DNA of 46,279 bases, taken from positions 1 to 46,279 of IMG/VR virus record IMGVR_UViG_3300020045_005726; one strand, written 5' to 3'. The translations under genes and the position numbers were made by a program. Source of the DNA: a virus. Lineage: Duplodnaviria; Caudoviricetes. This document shows, piece by piece, positions 27,617 to 35,142 of the stretch. The notes beneath the pieces were generated by a model. The model was not told the DNA's origin and did no database searches. It was given only the letters and a program-made list of their open reading frames with translations. Within the stretch, counting starts at the first letter, position 1. Every line of letters begins with the position of its first letter.

Positions 27617-27865
27617 GTTCTCTAGCAGGGCTGTCACTTCGGTATAAAGTGGGTTTTCATAAGGGCTGCCAGAATAATTTCCACCAATTCCGCATTTAAT
27701 TAAATCTAGTTTCTTGCGTAGCATTTTTTCAAGCTCGGCGGCTCTTGCGATTGCTTTTTCGCCTTCTTTAATTCTGTGAGCTGCCCATTCCGGTTCAAGT
27801 CTTACCATTTGAAAAATTGTGCGATCTTCACCATCACTGTCTTTGTAAACTCGTGCAGTATTCAT
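27611..27865 (-). CDS. cassette 3 hypothetical protein
   Basis: 84 aa; AGGA RBS; stop within the core site. Confidence 0.75.
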   Translation of the reverse strand: MNTARVYKDSDGEDRTIFQMVRLEPEWAAHRIKEGEKAIARAAELEKMLRKKLDLIKCGIGGNYSGSPYENPLYTEVTALLENT

Positions 27866-27904
27866 GTTTTAATTCCTAAAATTAGTTAATCGCAAGCATC
27901 CGGA

Positions 27905-27964
27905 ACATAACCAGTAGTAGCAACGCGACACCGCAAGCGGTGCGGTTGTACATTGGCGTTATGC
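27905..27964 (+). other. attC site 3 (60 nt)
   Basis: ACATAAC-CAGTA-GTA(G)CAAC(G)CG(A)CACCGC-AA-GCGGTGCGGTTGTAC-ATTGGC-GTTATGC. Confidence 0.9.
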
Positions 27965-28168
27965 TTAGTAGTAATGCCGCTCATGCTGGTCGCCGTTTTC
28001 TTTTGTAAATTTGCATTTTATTGCAGATGGCCCAATCTTGCCTTTCTCAAATTCAGGAGTGTATTCTAAATTTGTACCGTGTTTTGATTCACAATTTTCA
28101 GCGGTTTCAAAATCCGTATGCACGTATAGACATTTCGCGCATTGAAAACCATCTATTTTAATCGGCAT
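27965..28168 (-). CDS. cassette 4 hypothetical protein (CxxC...C...H, possible Zn finger)
   Basis: Start reassigned to ATG 28168 (AGGA RBS). Confidence 0.65.
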   Translation of the reverse strand: MPIKIDGFQCAKCLYVHTDFETAENCESKHGTNLEYTPEFEKGKIGPSAIKCKFTKENGDQHERHYY

Positions 28169-28194
28169 AATCTTGCTTCCTATTGTAGTTGTTT

Positions 28195-28281
28195 GCATAA
28201 CAAGGCGTTACACGCGCGATGCGGGTAGAAATCACCTTGTCGTTATTTGTTAAAAGGCACGCGTGAACATGGGCGTTACAT
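28195..28281 (+). other. attC site 4
   Basis: GCATAAC-AAGGC-GTT(A)CACGCG...CGCGTGAAC-ATGGGC-GTTACAT. Confidence 0.85.
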
Positions 28282-28560
28282 TGCTCTCAGCATTAGTTGT
28301 GCCGCACCATGCGCTTCTTGCGTAGGGGTGCCATCACAAAATTTATAGCGTATGCCTTTTTCACCGCCACAATGACCACTTGCATCAAACGCATCGGCAA
28401 AGGTATATATTCCAGCCTGCTTAATATCGCTTGTGTAGCCAGCTCTATCATTGCCCCACCATCTACACCATTCGTTAGACCAAATCATTACCGTACGGTG
28501 TGCATTTTTAGCAAGCCATGCTCTGCCAGTTTTAGTTTTTAATCGCTCAAGCTTAATCAT
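28276..28560 (-). CDS. cassette 5 hypothetical phage protein
   Basis: AGGAG RBS; 'IWS.E...WW...AGYT.D...AG.Y'; stop within the core. Confidence 0.75.
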   Translation of the reverse strand: MIKLERLKTKTGRAWLAKNAHRTVMIWSNEWCRWWGNDRAGYTSDIKQAGIYTFADAFDASGHCGGEKGIRYKFCDGTPTQEAHGAAQLMLRAM

Positions 28561-28579
28561 AAAATCTCCTGTTCAACCA

Positions 28580-28664
28580 ATGTAACCAGTCGCAGCAACT
28601 GGACGGTTCAAGAATTTCGCACTTTTCCGGCTGTTAAAAGCCGCCGTTGTGCTCAACGTTAGCT
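28580..28664 (+). other. attC site 5
   Basis: ATGTAAC-CAGTC-GCA(G)CAAC(T)GG(A)CGG...CCGCCGTTGTGC-TCAAC-GTTAGCT. Confidence 0.88.
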
Positions 28665-28880
28665 GTTTGCGTGCTCCGAAAAATACAGATCAATTAACCT
28701 ATCATTGCTATCTTTTTCATTCTCACAATATGTTTTTTCAACCCTAAGTCTATCTCCTGATCTATGATTGCACTCTGTACATTCTGTTTCCGCATGCATA
28801 AGTGCTGCGCTAAGTGAGGCTATCTTATTTTCCAGCCTGAATTTCTCTTTAAAAAGCGCCTCTAAAAATTTTTTACTCAT
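28659..28880 (-). CDS. cassette 6 hypothetical protein
   Basis: GGAG RBS; 73 aa; stop within the core. Confidence 0.7.
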   Translation of the reverse strand: MSKKFLEALFKEKFRLENKIASLSAALMHAETECTECNHRSGDRLRVEKTYCENEKDSNDRLIDLYFSEHANS

Positions 28881-28903
28881 AGTCTTTCACTCCGTTAAGT
28901 TTC

Positions 28904-28982
28904 AGCTAACAAGGCGTAGCAACATCACTACACTTCGTTCCGTTCGACACGCTTCGCGTGCGGTTGTACATGGGCGTTACAT
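28904..28982 (+). other. attC site 6
   Basis: AGCTAAC-AAGGC-GTA(G)CAAC...GTTGTAC-ATGGGC-GTTACAT. Confidence 0.85.
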
Positions 28983-29135
28983 TCATTCGGTTGGGCGCTT
29001 TGGCCTATTCGGGAAATACCAATCGCGGTTATCGAATCCGCATTCTGTGCATTCCCATCCAGTGTCCGTTGCACCACCGCACTTAATGCACGGTTGTTCT
29101 TCATCGTCCAACTCTAAAACCGTATCATTTGCCAA
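28983..29135 (-). CDS. cassette 7 small Zn-ribbon protein
   Basis: TTG start after GGAGG; 'CIKCGG..DTGWECTECGFD'. Confidence 0.65.
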   Translation of the reverse strand: MANDTVLELDDEEQPCIKCGGATDTGWECTECGFDNRDWYFPNRPKRPTE

Positions 29136-29155
29136 TTGCGAAACCTCCAAAATAA

Positions 29156-29239
29156 ATGTAACAAAGTTATCAAACGGATGCGGCATAAGTTGCCGCACGT
29201 ATCACTATCTACTGCGCACCGCTTATAACGGCGTTAGGC
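29156..29239 (+). other. attC site 7
   Basis: ATGTAAC-AAAGT-TAT(C)AAACGG(A)TGCG...CGCACCGCTTATA-ACGGC-GTTAGGC; arms nearly identical to attC 2. Confidence 0.9.
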
Positions 29240-29659
29240 TGGCGTTTTACCTATGCTATTAATTAAACTTTTAAGTTCGTTAATATATTCGGTTTGGCTC
29301 CAGCCTTCTATTTCACATATTGTTAAATCAACTAAAATATCATTAAGCAACTTGTGTTTAAATTTTTGCCTTGCAAGGTCATTAACTGTTTTTGCCTGGC
29401 TTGCATCAAAAACAAAACTGCCGCTTGGCTTTGCCTGTTTTACAGTGGCTATTTCCATTTTGGAAACAACCACCAAATCATTAAAAGGTAGGCCTTGCTG
29501 TTGCTGTACAACTCGCAACAAAGCGCGCTCTTGGCCTTTTAAGGGGCTTTTGCAATTTGTTACAAATGCATATCCGCAAAGCGGTGAACCTGCTGTTTTG
29601 TCTATTGCCCATCCTTGCGGTATTTCATCAAGCAGAGGCCAGTTTTTATATGTTTTCAT
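29234..29659 (-). CDS. cassette 8 hypothetical phage protein
   Basis: Likely start ATG 29659 (MKTYKNW); stop within the core. Confidence 0.7.
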   Translation of the reverse strand: MKTYKNWPLLDEIPQGWAIDKTAGSPLCGYAFVTNCKSPLKGQERALLRVVQQQQGLPFNDLVVVSKMEIATVKQAKPSGSFVFDASQAKTVNDLARQKFKHKLLNDILVDLTICEIEGWSQTEYINELKSLINSIGKTPA

Positions 29660-29677
29660 ATCGCACCAAAACAAAAA

Positions 29678-29810
29678 GCCTAACAAGGCGTTGCAGCATC
29701 ACTTCGCTGCGCTACGTTGGACAGTCTTTAAGTCGCCTTTTTATGGTTTGCTTCGCAAAGTATTCCATAAAAATTCGCCTTAAATCCTGCCGCTGAACTT
29801 AACGTTACAT
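29678..29810 (+). other. attC site 8 (133 nt)
   Basis: GCCTAAC-AAGGC-GTT(G)CAGC...GCTGAAC-TTAAC-GTTACAT, with a long internal hairpin (TTTTTATGG...CCATAAAAA). Confidence 0.85.
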
Positions 29811-29836
29811 GCTGCCTGTGAGAGCGCAGCAGTTAA

Positions 29837-30154
29837 CTATTTGTCTTTTAGTAAATCACCGTTTACCTCAAGTCTTGTGCGGTTTAGCTCGCGTACCGTT
29901 TCAATAACATCACTGGCATAAAATACTTCTTCTCGCGTGTAATTTGTTTTGTACTCGCGGTTAATAATATCTTTCTTGTAGTCGGCGGCAATATATCCGT
30001 AAGCCAAAAAGCAGTAAAAGAAAAGGCCAATAAATCCCAAAACAACAAATACTGGGCAGAAAAGTTCGTGGAATGCAGAGCACCAAACATCTTTTTGTGC
30101 GCAGTAAGCCGCGATTAAGGTAACTGCAATAATGGCTATCAAAATTAAAATCAT
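29837..30154 (-). CDS. cassette 9 membrane protein
   Basis: Two TM segments; GAGG RBS before ATG 30154. Confidence 0.7.
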   Translation of the reverse strand: MILILIAIIAVTLIAAYCAQKDVWCSAFHELFCPVFVVLGFIGLFFYCFLAYGYIAADYKKDIINREYKTNYTREEVFYASDVIETVRELNRTRLEVNGDLLKDK

Positions 30155-30194
30155 GGTAAAACCTCTCACTTGGTTAAATTAAACCTGCTACAAC

Positions 30195-30278
30195 ATGTAA
30201 CAAGTCACTCAAAGCGACTGTCCAGAAATTTGCGTTTTTATCACTTGTTAAACGCAGCGCTTTAGCTAAACGTTACAC
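30195..30278 (+). other. attC site 9
   Basis: ATGTAAC-AAGTC-ACT(C)AAAGCG(A)CTG...CAGCGCTTTAGC-TAAAC-GTTACAC. Confidence 0.9.
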
Positions 30279-30282
30279 GCAA

Positions 30283-30489
30283 TCACAGCTCAACGCTAAG
30301 CGCATTAACGATTGCCTGTACGCACAGCTTACACGGCTGCACAGAACCCCCAGCTGCAAGCGCCGCATGCTGCGCGTCTTGAAAATGCCACTCATGGCGC
30401 TGGATTGTGTGGCCGCACCATGCAGTAGGTCTTGGCAACTCTATGCCATTATCGTGCGTGTATTTAATAACGTGTCGCGCTTCGCTCAC
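30283..30489 (-). CDS. hypothetical protein
   Basis: 68 aa; H/C residues 'WCG...HA...C..C'. Confidence 0.65.
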   Translation of the reverse strand: MSEARHVIKYTHDNGIELPRPTAWCGHTIQRHEWHFQDAQHAALAAGGSVQPCKLCVQAIVNALSVEL

Positions 30490-30490
30490 A

Positions 30491-31483
30491 TCAACCCCCT
30501 ACGCTTTCATCATTAAGCACCAATTGCCGCACATCGGCATTTTCGTTTTCAGATAAAATAGCGTCAGCCCATTCAAGCAGGTTCGATATTTCGCCTCTTG
30601 AGCCACCAAAGACGATGTATTTGTCGTCATCTTTCAGCTTGCCGCAGTTTACCTGACTGCGGATAACCGATGATAGGTCGCGAATCATTTCAAGACATTG
30701 GGCAACGGTACGCGCTTGCGCATCCTGCTCGGTGATGCGCGGTGATTTGGCAGTATTCGCACATAGCCATTCATCATCACCGACCTCTACATCTGCCCAT
30801 TGAATGGCAACTATCTCCCCATTGCTCCAACGACAAGTGACATTACCGGCAATGTCGGCATCTTCTTTTTTCGGTAATCTATCGCCGCAATTAACCCACT
30901 CAGGCACCGCCACTGCGGGCTCATTGGGGGCGCTGGGTGATGACAATACAGTGATTGCAAAATCAACTGTATTTTTCATAACAGACAAACCAGTTTCCTC
31001 TAGTCTTCGGCTTACAATTTCAAGCTGCTTGCACAATGTACTTGGCACCGCCACTGCTGGCGATTGCTGCGCGGGGATTGGGCGGGCATAAACCAAATAC
31101 CCACCAGACACATCGCTTTCAAAGATTGCCGCGATAGTGGCATCGCTATATAGACTGCTGCCGACAATAAACCCATCGGGCTCCTGCGCATTAGCCGCAT
31201 CAATGATAGATTGCAGGCGGGCGTTTTCGGCTTCAAGTAAATTAATCTTTGCCTGCTGAACATTCCAAACTAAATTAGGGTTTTCGCAATCAGAAGGGCT
31301 AACGTAATCGCACTCAGGGCAGCGAATATCATCATAATCGCCAGAATCAGCAAGAGGTGCGCCACCATTGGCATTCTCACTGCTAAACACATGACCGCAA
31401 TTTTCGCATTCGCAAACATAATATCCGCCTGTATTGTCGGAAGTTACGAAATTTTTCTTATCAACATCCATTTCACTCTCCAA
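30491..31483 (-). CDS. mosaic hypothetical phage protein (Zn finger + DUF551-like)
   Basis: N-terminal CxxC...CPxC, coiled coil, 'WV.C.DRLP'; start may be ATG 31471. Confidence 0.7.
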   Translation of the reverse strand: MESEMDVDKKNFVTSDNTGGYYVCECENCGHVFSSENANGGAPLADSGDYDDIRCPECDYVSPSDCENPNLVWNVQQAKINLLEAENARLQSIIDAANAQEPDGFIVGSSLYSDATIAAIFESDVSGGYLVYARPIPAQQSPAVAVPSTLCKQLEIVSRRLEETGLSVMKNTVDFAITVLSSPSAPNEPAVAVPEWVNCGDRLPKKEDADIAGNVTCRWSNGEIVAIQWADVEVGDDEWLCANTAKSPRITEQDAQARTVAQCLEMIRDLSSVIRSQVNCGKLKDDDKYIVFGGSRGEISNLLEWADAILSENENADVRQLVLNDESVGG

Positions 31484-31784
31484 TAGCTTTTAAGAAATTT
31501 ATAATTAACGCCGCAAACAGGCACGCCGCCGACGCCATCCACATAAATCGTTCAATTGGCACATATGGATCATCAAGGATAACTATGCCTGTCGGGACCT
31601 GCGGAAGCGCTCCGGCATCATTTGGCGATGAAATCCATACCAGTCCATTGACGAACTTGACCGGGATTATAGAACTGGTGTGGTAATCGTAAGCCCAGCG
31701 ATTGGCCCAGCTTGGCAGCGCCTTAACCGGGTATTCAATCTCAAGGTTTAAGGATTGCATTTTTGCCGCCGTCATTTTTTTCAA
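31473..31784 (-). CDS. hypothetical protein
   Basis: 103 aa with C-terminal hydrophobic segment; start uncertain. Confidence 0.5.
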   Translation of the reverse strand: MKKMTAAKMQSLNLEIEYPVKALPSWANRWAYDYHTSSIIPVKFVNGLVWISSPNDAGALPQVPTGIVILDDPYVPIERFMWMASAACLFAALIINFLKAIGE

Positions 31785-32103
31785 TTTCAGATAGTAGTGC
31801 TGATGCGTTAACCCATGCGGCGCGCGCCTTCTTAATCTCGGCGGCGCTCTTTGGTAGAAAGGTAAGTGTTCCAGGATTGGTTTCTTGCATGGCCTTTAGC
31901 GCTGCGATAAGGCGGTCGCGCTCATAGCTTATGCGCAGGCTTTCTTCATCGGTGAGCCGCTCATTTTTTAAAGAAAAAAGAATGCTAAATGTGTTGAGCG
32001 CAACAACAAAAAGAACAAATAAAAGAGAGCACTCGGCGTCTTTAATATCTGTTGATACAAGCAAAAAAAGTACAAACACAAGTGATATTGAAATGTTTTT
32101 CAT
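31741..32103 (-). CDS. hypothetical membrane protein
   Basis: ACGGAGAAAACC leader; two N-terminal hydrophobic segments. Confidence 0.65.
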   Translation of the reverse strand: MKNISISLVFVLFLLVSTDIKDAECSLLFVLFVVALNTFSILFSLKNERLTDEESLRISYERDRLIAALKAMQETNPGTLTFLPKSAAEIKKARAAWVNASALLSEIEKNDGGKNAILKP

Positions 32104-32135
32104 TCTGGTTTTCTCCGTTGGTTATTGGTCTATTC

Positions 32136-32177
32136 AAAATAACACAAGATAAAACTTTATCAAGTTAAATTTATCAA
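32136..32177 (-). promoter_or_regulatory. early promoter/operator copy 1
   Basis: Minus strand TTGATA-AAGTTTTATCTTGTGT-TATTTT; contains palindrome GATAAA-AC-TTTATC; 26 nt identical to 39884-39909. Confidence 0.7.
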
Positions 32178-32188
32178 TTCCAACAAAT

Positions 32189-32213
32189 AAAAAAGCCGAG
32201 CTATTAACTCGGC
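32189..32213 (-). terminator. intrinsic terminator after rdgC
   Basis: Minus strand GCCGAG-TTAATAG-CTCGGC-TTTTTT. Confidence 0.75.
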
Positions 32214-32234
32214 AAGTCGCTTCCTCTGACTAAA

Positions 32235-33152
32235 TCAGGAATCTAAAAGGGTATCATCTTCGCCGCCATAGGCAGCCAATAGCGCTTTGATAAAGTTGCT
32301 CAGCTCAAGGCCCATGATTGCAAAATCGGCGTCGAACTGTTCGGCCTTACTTTCGGGGTTGCGGTCGTTGGCCTTATCGCTGATTGAATCCTCGAATCTC
32401 AGGCGCTTAATGGCGACCTGATCATCAATAATGCAGGTTATGGCCTCTTTCCAAACCAGTTCGATTTTGCTTGCGTGCATACCACTTTCAAGGTGGTTAA
32501 GTATTTCGCTGGCGGTAAGGTCCTGGCGCTTCGCACGGATCACGCGGCCATCTTTGGCGGCCTGCAGCTCTACCTCATCACCCAATTCAAACTGGTGCGG
32601 CGCTTGGCTTTCGTATAGCCAATTGGTCATAACTTGGGTAGGGATATTCTTTGGCGCAATAGGAATGCACCGAAGCGACCCCAGCGCCTCGCGCAGCTTG
32701 CTGAGTAAATCCTCTGCGCGCTTGGCTGATGAGGTATTCACCACAATCATCTTGCTATCAGGATCAATGTAGGCATAGGTTAGCGTTGATCGCGTGAAGG
32801 CGCGTGGAAGCAGCGAAAAGATAATTTCGTCCTTCAGTGTGTCGCGTTCTTTGCGGCCAACAGGGCGAGACTCAGCTTCATTGATCGCCAATATTTTGGC
32901 TTCTAGCTGCTCCTTGATAACACCACCAGGGAGTATTTTTTCCTGCTTCTTGGCGCATATCATGATACGACCATTGGTAACGTGAACAAACTCAGTGCCG
33001 TGGCGCCCAAGAGGCTCAGTAAAGCCGTAGCGCATAGGGTCAAGGCTTCCGCATTCGTTGAATTTAAATTCGGCCAGCTTAGCGGCCAAATCCTCCGGCG
33101 ATATCGCCCATGCTTCGGTCAATCGGTAAAGCCTTGCATTGTTAAACCACAT
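32235..33152 (-). CDS. rdgC: recombination-associated protein RdgC
   Basis: 'MWFNNARLYRL', 'EKILP..VIK', 'LLPRAF', 'SAKRAEDLLS.LR.ALGSL', 'FDADF.IM..EL'. Confidence 0.95.
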   Translation of the reverse strand: MWFNNARLYRLTEAWAISPEDLAAKLAEFKFNECGSLDPMRYGFTEPLGRHGTEFVHVTNGRIMICAKKQEKILPGGVIKEQLEAKILAINEAESRPVGRKERDTLKDEIIFSLLPRAFTRSTLTYAYIDPDSKMIVVNTSSAKRAEDLLSKLREALGSLRCIPIAPKNIPTQVMTNWLYESQAPHQFELGDEVELQAAKDGRVIRAKRQDLTASEILNHLESGMHASKIELVWKEAITCIIDDQVAIKRLRFEDSISDKANDRNPESKAEQFDADFAIMGLELSNFIKALLAAYGGEDDTLLDS

Positions 33153-33172
33153 GGTTTTGCTCCGTTTTTTGG

Positions 33173-33343
33173 TTAGTTATGGTTCTGGTTTTCTGGCCAT
33201 TCAAATGGCTTTAATTCATTAGCGCTATTCCACATCTTTTCAAATGTAGCCGGGTTCGATACCTGCGCAAATAGCTGGTTTTCCCACTGGTTAATTCCGG
33301 TTATCTCGGTTACTTCCGGCACCGGTAAAGGTTTGTTGTTCAT
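33173..33343 (-). CDS. 56-aa hypothetical protein (not in ORF track)
   Basis: AAGGA RBS; MNNKPLPVPEVTEITGINQWENQ...WPENQNHN*. Confidence 0.5.
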   Translation of the reverse strand: MNNKPLPVPEVTEITGINQWENQLFAQVSNPATFEKMWNSANELKPFEWPENQNHN

Positions 33344-33565
33344 GGCATTAATCCTTAAAAAATTCGATGGCCGAATTTATCGGCGTCAAGCCCGCATTTA
33401 AGCGCCCCACTCGGCTAGCGATTGCATCAGGGGCATGGCCGCCACTCCACAGAAACGGCCAAATTCTAAAATAGCAAAAGATCGAACCACCTGCGCTATT
33501 GTTGCCCCTCCCCCTAGTTTCGGACTCTGGCAACGGCTTGGTTACAGTTTTGCTTGCTAGGCGAT

Positions 33566-33660
33566 CTTTGATCTTGCCTCCAACCTGCGCACGTTAGCTA
33601 TTCGTGAGACTACGGAGGACAACATGGAGGCAAGATCAAAGCCCTCTCTTTCGAAAGGGC
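33566..33660 (-). ncRNA. candidate structured RNA element
   Basis: Perfect 17-bp inverted repeat CTTTGATCTTGCCTCCA/TGGAGGCAAGATCAAAG, plus a GAAA-tetraloop hairpin on the minus strand. Confidence 0.45.
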
Positions 33661-33666
33661 GGTAAA

Positions 33667-33900
33667 TCAGCTCGTAAATGCCGGAATTGATTTAATAATA
33701 TTTGAAGTGCAAAGGGCAACGTATTTTTTGCCGTCGATATCTTCAAAAACAAGATCGACAGTAGAGTTGACTTCTTGAGTGCCTTTTCTAACGACAACAG
33801 CCTGTTTAAGCGTTAGGATTTTATAATCCTCTTCATAAACATGGCCTTGCGCGGATGCCTCTTCCGGTGTAGCGCAAATTTTTATTTCTAAGTGCTGCAT
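33667..33900 (-). CDS. hypothetical protein
   Basis: GAGGA RBS; 77 aa. Confidence 0.75.
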   Translation of the reverse strand: MQHLEIKICATPEEASAQGHVYEEDYKILTLKQAVVVRKGTQEVNSTVDLVFEDIDGKKYVALCTSNIIKSIPAFTS

Positions 33901-33942
33901 TTAAAAATCCTCTAATTGAGTTAATTGGCAATTGATATTAAT

Positions 33943-34528
33943 CTAGCCCTGAAACTTCATGGCCTCGAAAAATACATCCTTGCACGCATGCGCGGCGGCA
34001 ACTGCGCTATTGGCGCCTTCCAGTTCAGAGCCGAAAAAATGCACATAAGCCTGAGCCAAGGTCGGGTTTTTAAAGCCCTTCTTTGCAGCTGGAACTTGCA
34101 CGATAGGCTTGGTTAGCGCTGCGGTGCAAATCACCTCGGATGCCTTCCACTTATCGGCAATCTCATCGCCCAAGAAGCCGCTTAGCGGCAATGCGCAAAA
34201 CCTTATTTTGGAATGATGAGCTGTGACATACAAGCGGCAAATCGCCACGCAGCTCGTTAAATTCGGCCATCACTTCCGCTTCGGGGCGGCCAACTACGGC
34301 AGCCAGATCGGTGGTAATGCCATGGACGCTTGCGGCGCCCTCTGGAATCTCCCAGCCATCCGGTTTAATCATTGACTCAACGCTGCCAACAATCTCGCGG
34401 GTAGCCAGGTTAACCTTAATCGCGCAAATGCTTACTATGTGCGGCTGGTGCGGAGCATCCGATGGCGCCTGAAAATCAGGAAATCCGGTGGTTTCGGTCT
34501 TAACAAAGACCATAAAATCATTTTTCAT
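33943..34528 (-). pseudogene. DEDDh (DnaQ-like) exonuclease, catalytically degenerate and frameshifted near 34178
   Basis: 'VFVKTETTG', 'IKP.GW.IP......HGIT', 'LVCHSSSFQ' in one frame; 'CT...K.PTL..AY..FFG..LEGANSA..A' in the next. Confidence 0.75.
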
Positions 34529-34563
34529 TTTGTTGCGTCCTTAGTTGGTTATCGACAAGAACC

Positions 34564-34593
34564 AAGATAAACTAATGATAAAACATTATCAAG
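34564..34593 (-). promoter_or_regulatory. early promoter/operator copy 2
   Basis: Minus strand TTGATA-ATGTTTTATCATTAGTT-TATCTT (17-nt spacer); GATA-N6-TATC palindrome. Confidence 0.65.
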
Positions 34594-34606
34594 CTTTAAT
34601 TAAAAA

Positions 34607-34885
34607 TTACGGCTTTTTAATTGACCCAATACCAACCGCTTCGCCCATGTAGGTATCAAATCCGGCCATGCGGTGAAGCGTTTCGTGCATGCCATGCGCT
34701 TGCTGTTGCAGTGTGTTGCACAGGTGTTGCGCATACAGCGGATTCCAGCCGCAAGTATCAGGATGGCAATTGCCGCCACAAACGGCGCAGCCATCGCCCT
34801 GCGTTTCATCCTGAAGCTGTTTCTTAGCGGCCTGTAGCGCCTCTATTGCAGTATTGTATTGCTCAATCGTAAATAAACGCATCAC
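34607..34885 (-). CDS. hypothetical protein
   Basis: 92 aa with Cys/His cluster. Confidence 0.7.
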   Translation of the reverse strand: MMRLFTIEQYNTAIEALQAAKKQLQDETQGDGCAVCGGNCHPDTCGWNPLYAQHLCNTLQQQAHGMHETLHRMAGFDTYMGEAVGIGSIKKP

Positions 34886-35142
34886 TCAACCCCTATGCAA
34901 TTCTCAAAAAACCGGTGCCTGCAATGCGCGAGCGCCGTAGCGTGATCAATCTCGGCCTCATCAATAAACGTGCAGTGCTTGCCATTGGCGAAAGTTACTC
35001 GCCAATAGCGCTTTAGCTCTGGTTTAGGCGTTTTTGATTTGGAGGCACTTGTGCTGTCCATCAAAAATACTCTTGGTGATGATTGCGGCCAGTGCTGGGG
35101 CAAGGCCGTTGACGGTTTCAAAGTCGCGCTGCACTTGCTCAA
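34882..35142 (-). CDS. hypothetical protein
   Basis: Coupled to the downstream ORF; true start probably ATG 35061. Confidence 0.5.
   Translation of the reverse strand: MSKCSATLKPSTALPQHWPQSSPRVFLMDSTSASKSKTPKPELKRYWRVTFANGKHCTFIDEAEIDHATALAHCRHRFFENCIGVE

Larger units (their letters stand above)
26293..30278 (+). mobile_element. integron-type gene cassette array lacking an integrase (CALIN), nine cassettes
   Basis: Nine attC hairpins with one ORF between each pair; each R'' is the exact reverse complement of the preceding R'. Confidence 0.9.

Noticed and set aside
28768-29796. + strand ORFs 28768..29262, 29253..29783 and 29557..29796 (also 26418..26669) as the true cassette genes
   Set aside because: They run through attC sites, lack RBSs and look like antisense shadows; the - strand ORFs have RBSs and fit within cassettes.
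26573-30278. Intergenic repeats as a CRISPR array, REP elements or terminators
   Set aside because: The units vary in sequence and length (60-133 nt), are separated by whole genes, lack U tails and show attC box architecture.
33455-33510. GGTTCGAT T-loop-like motif as a tRNA
   Set aside because: No cloverleaf could be built; kept only as part of the structured region.
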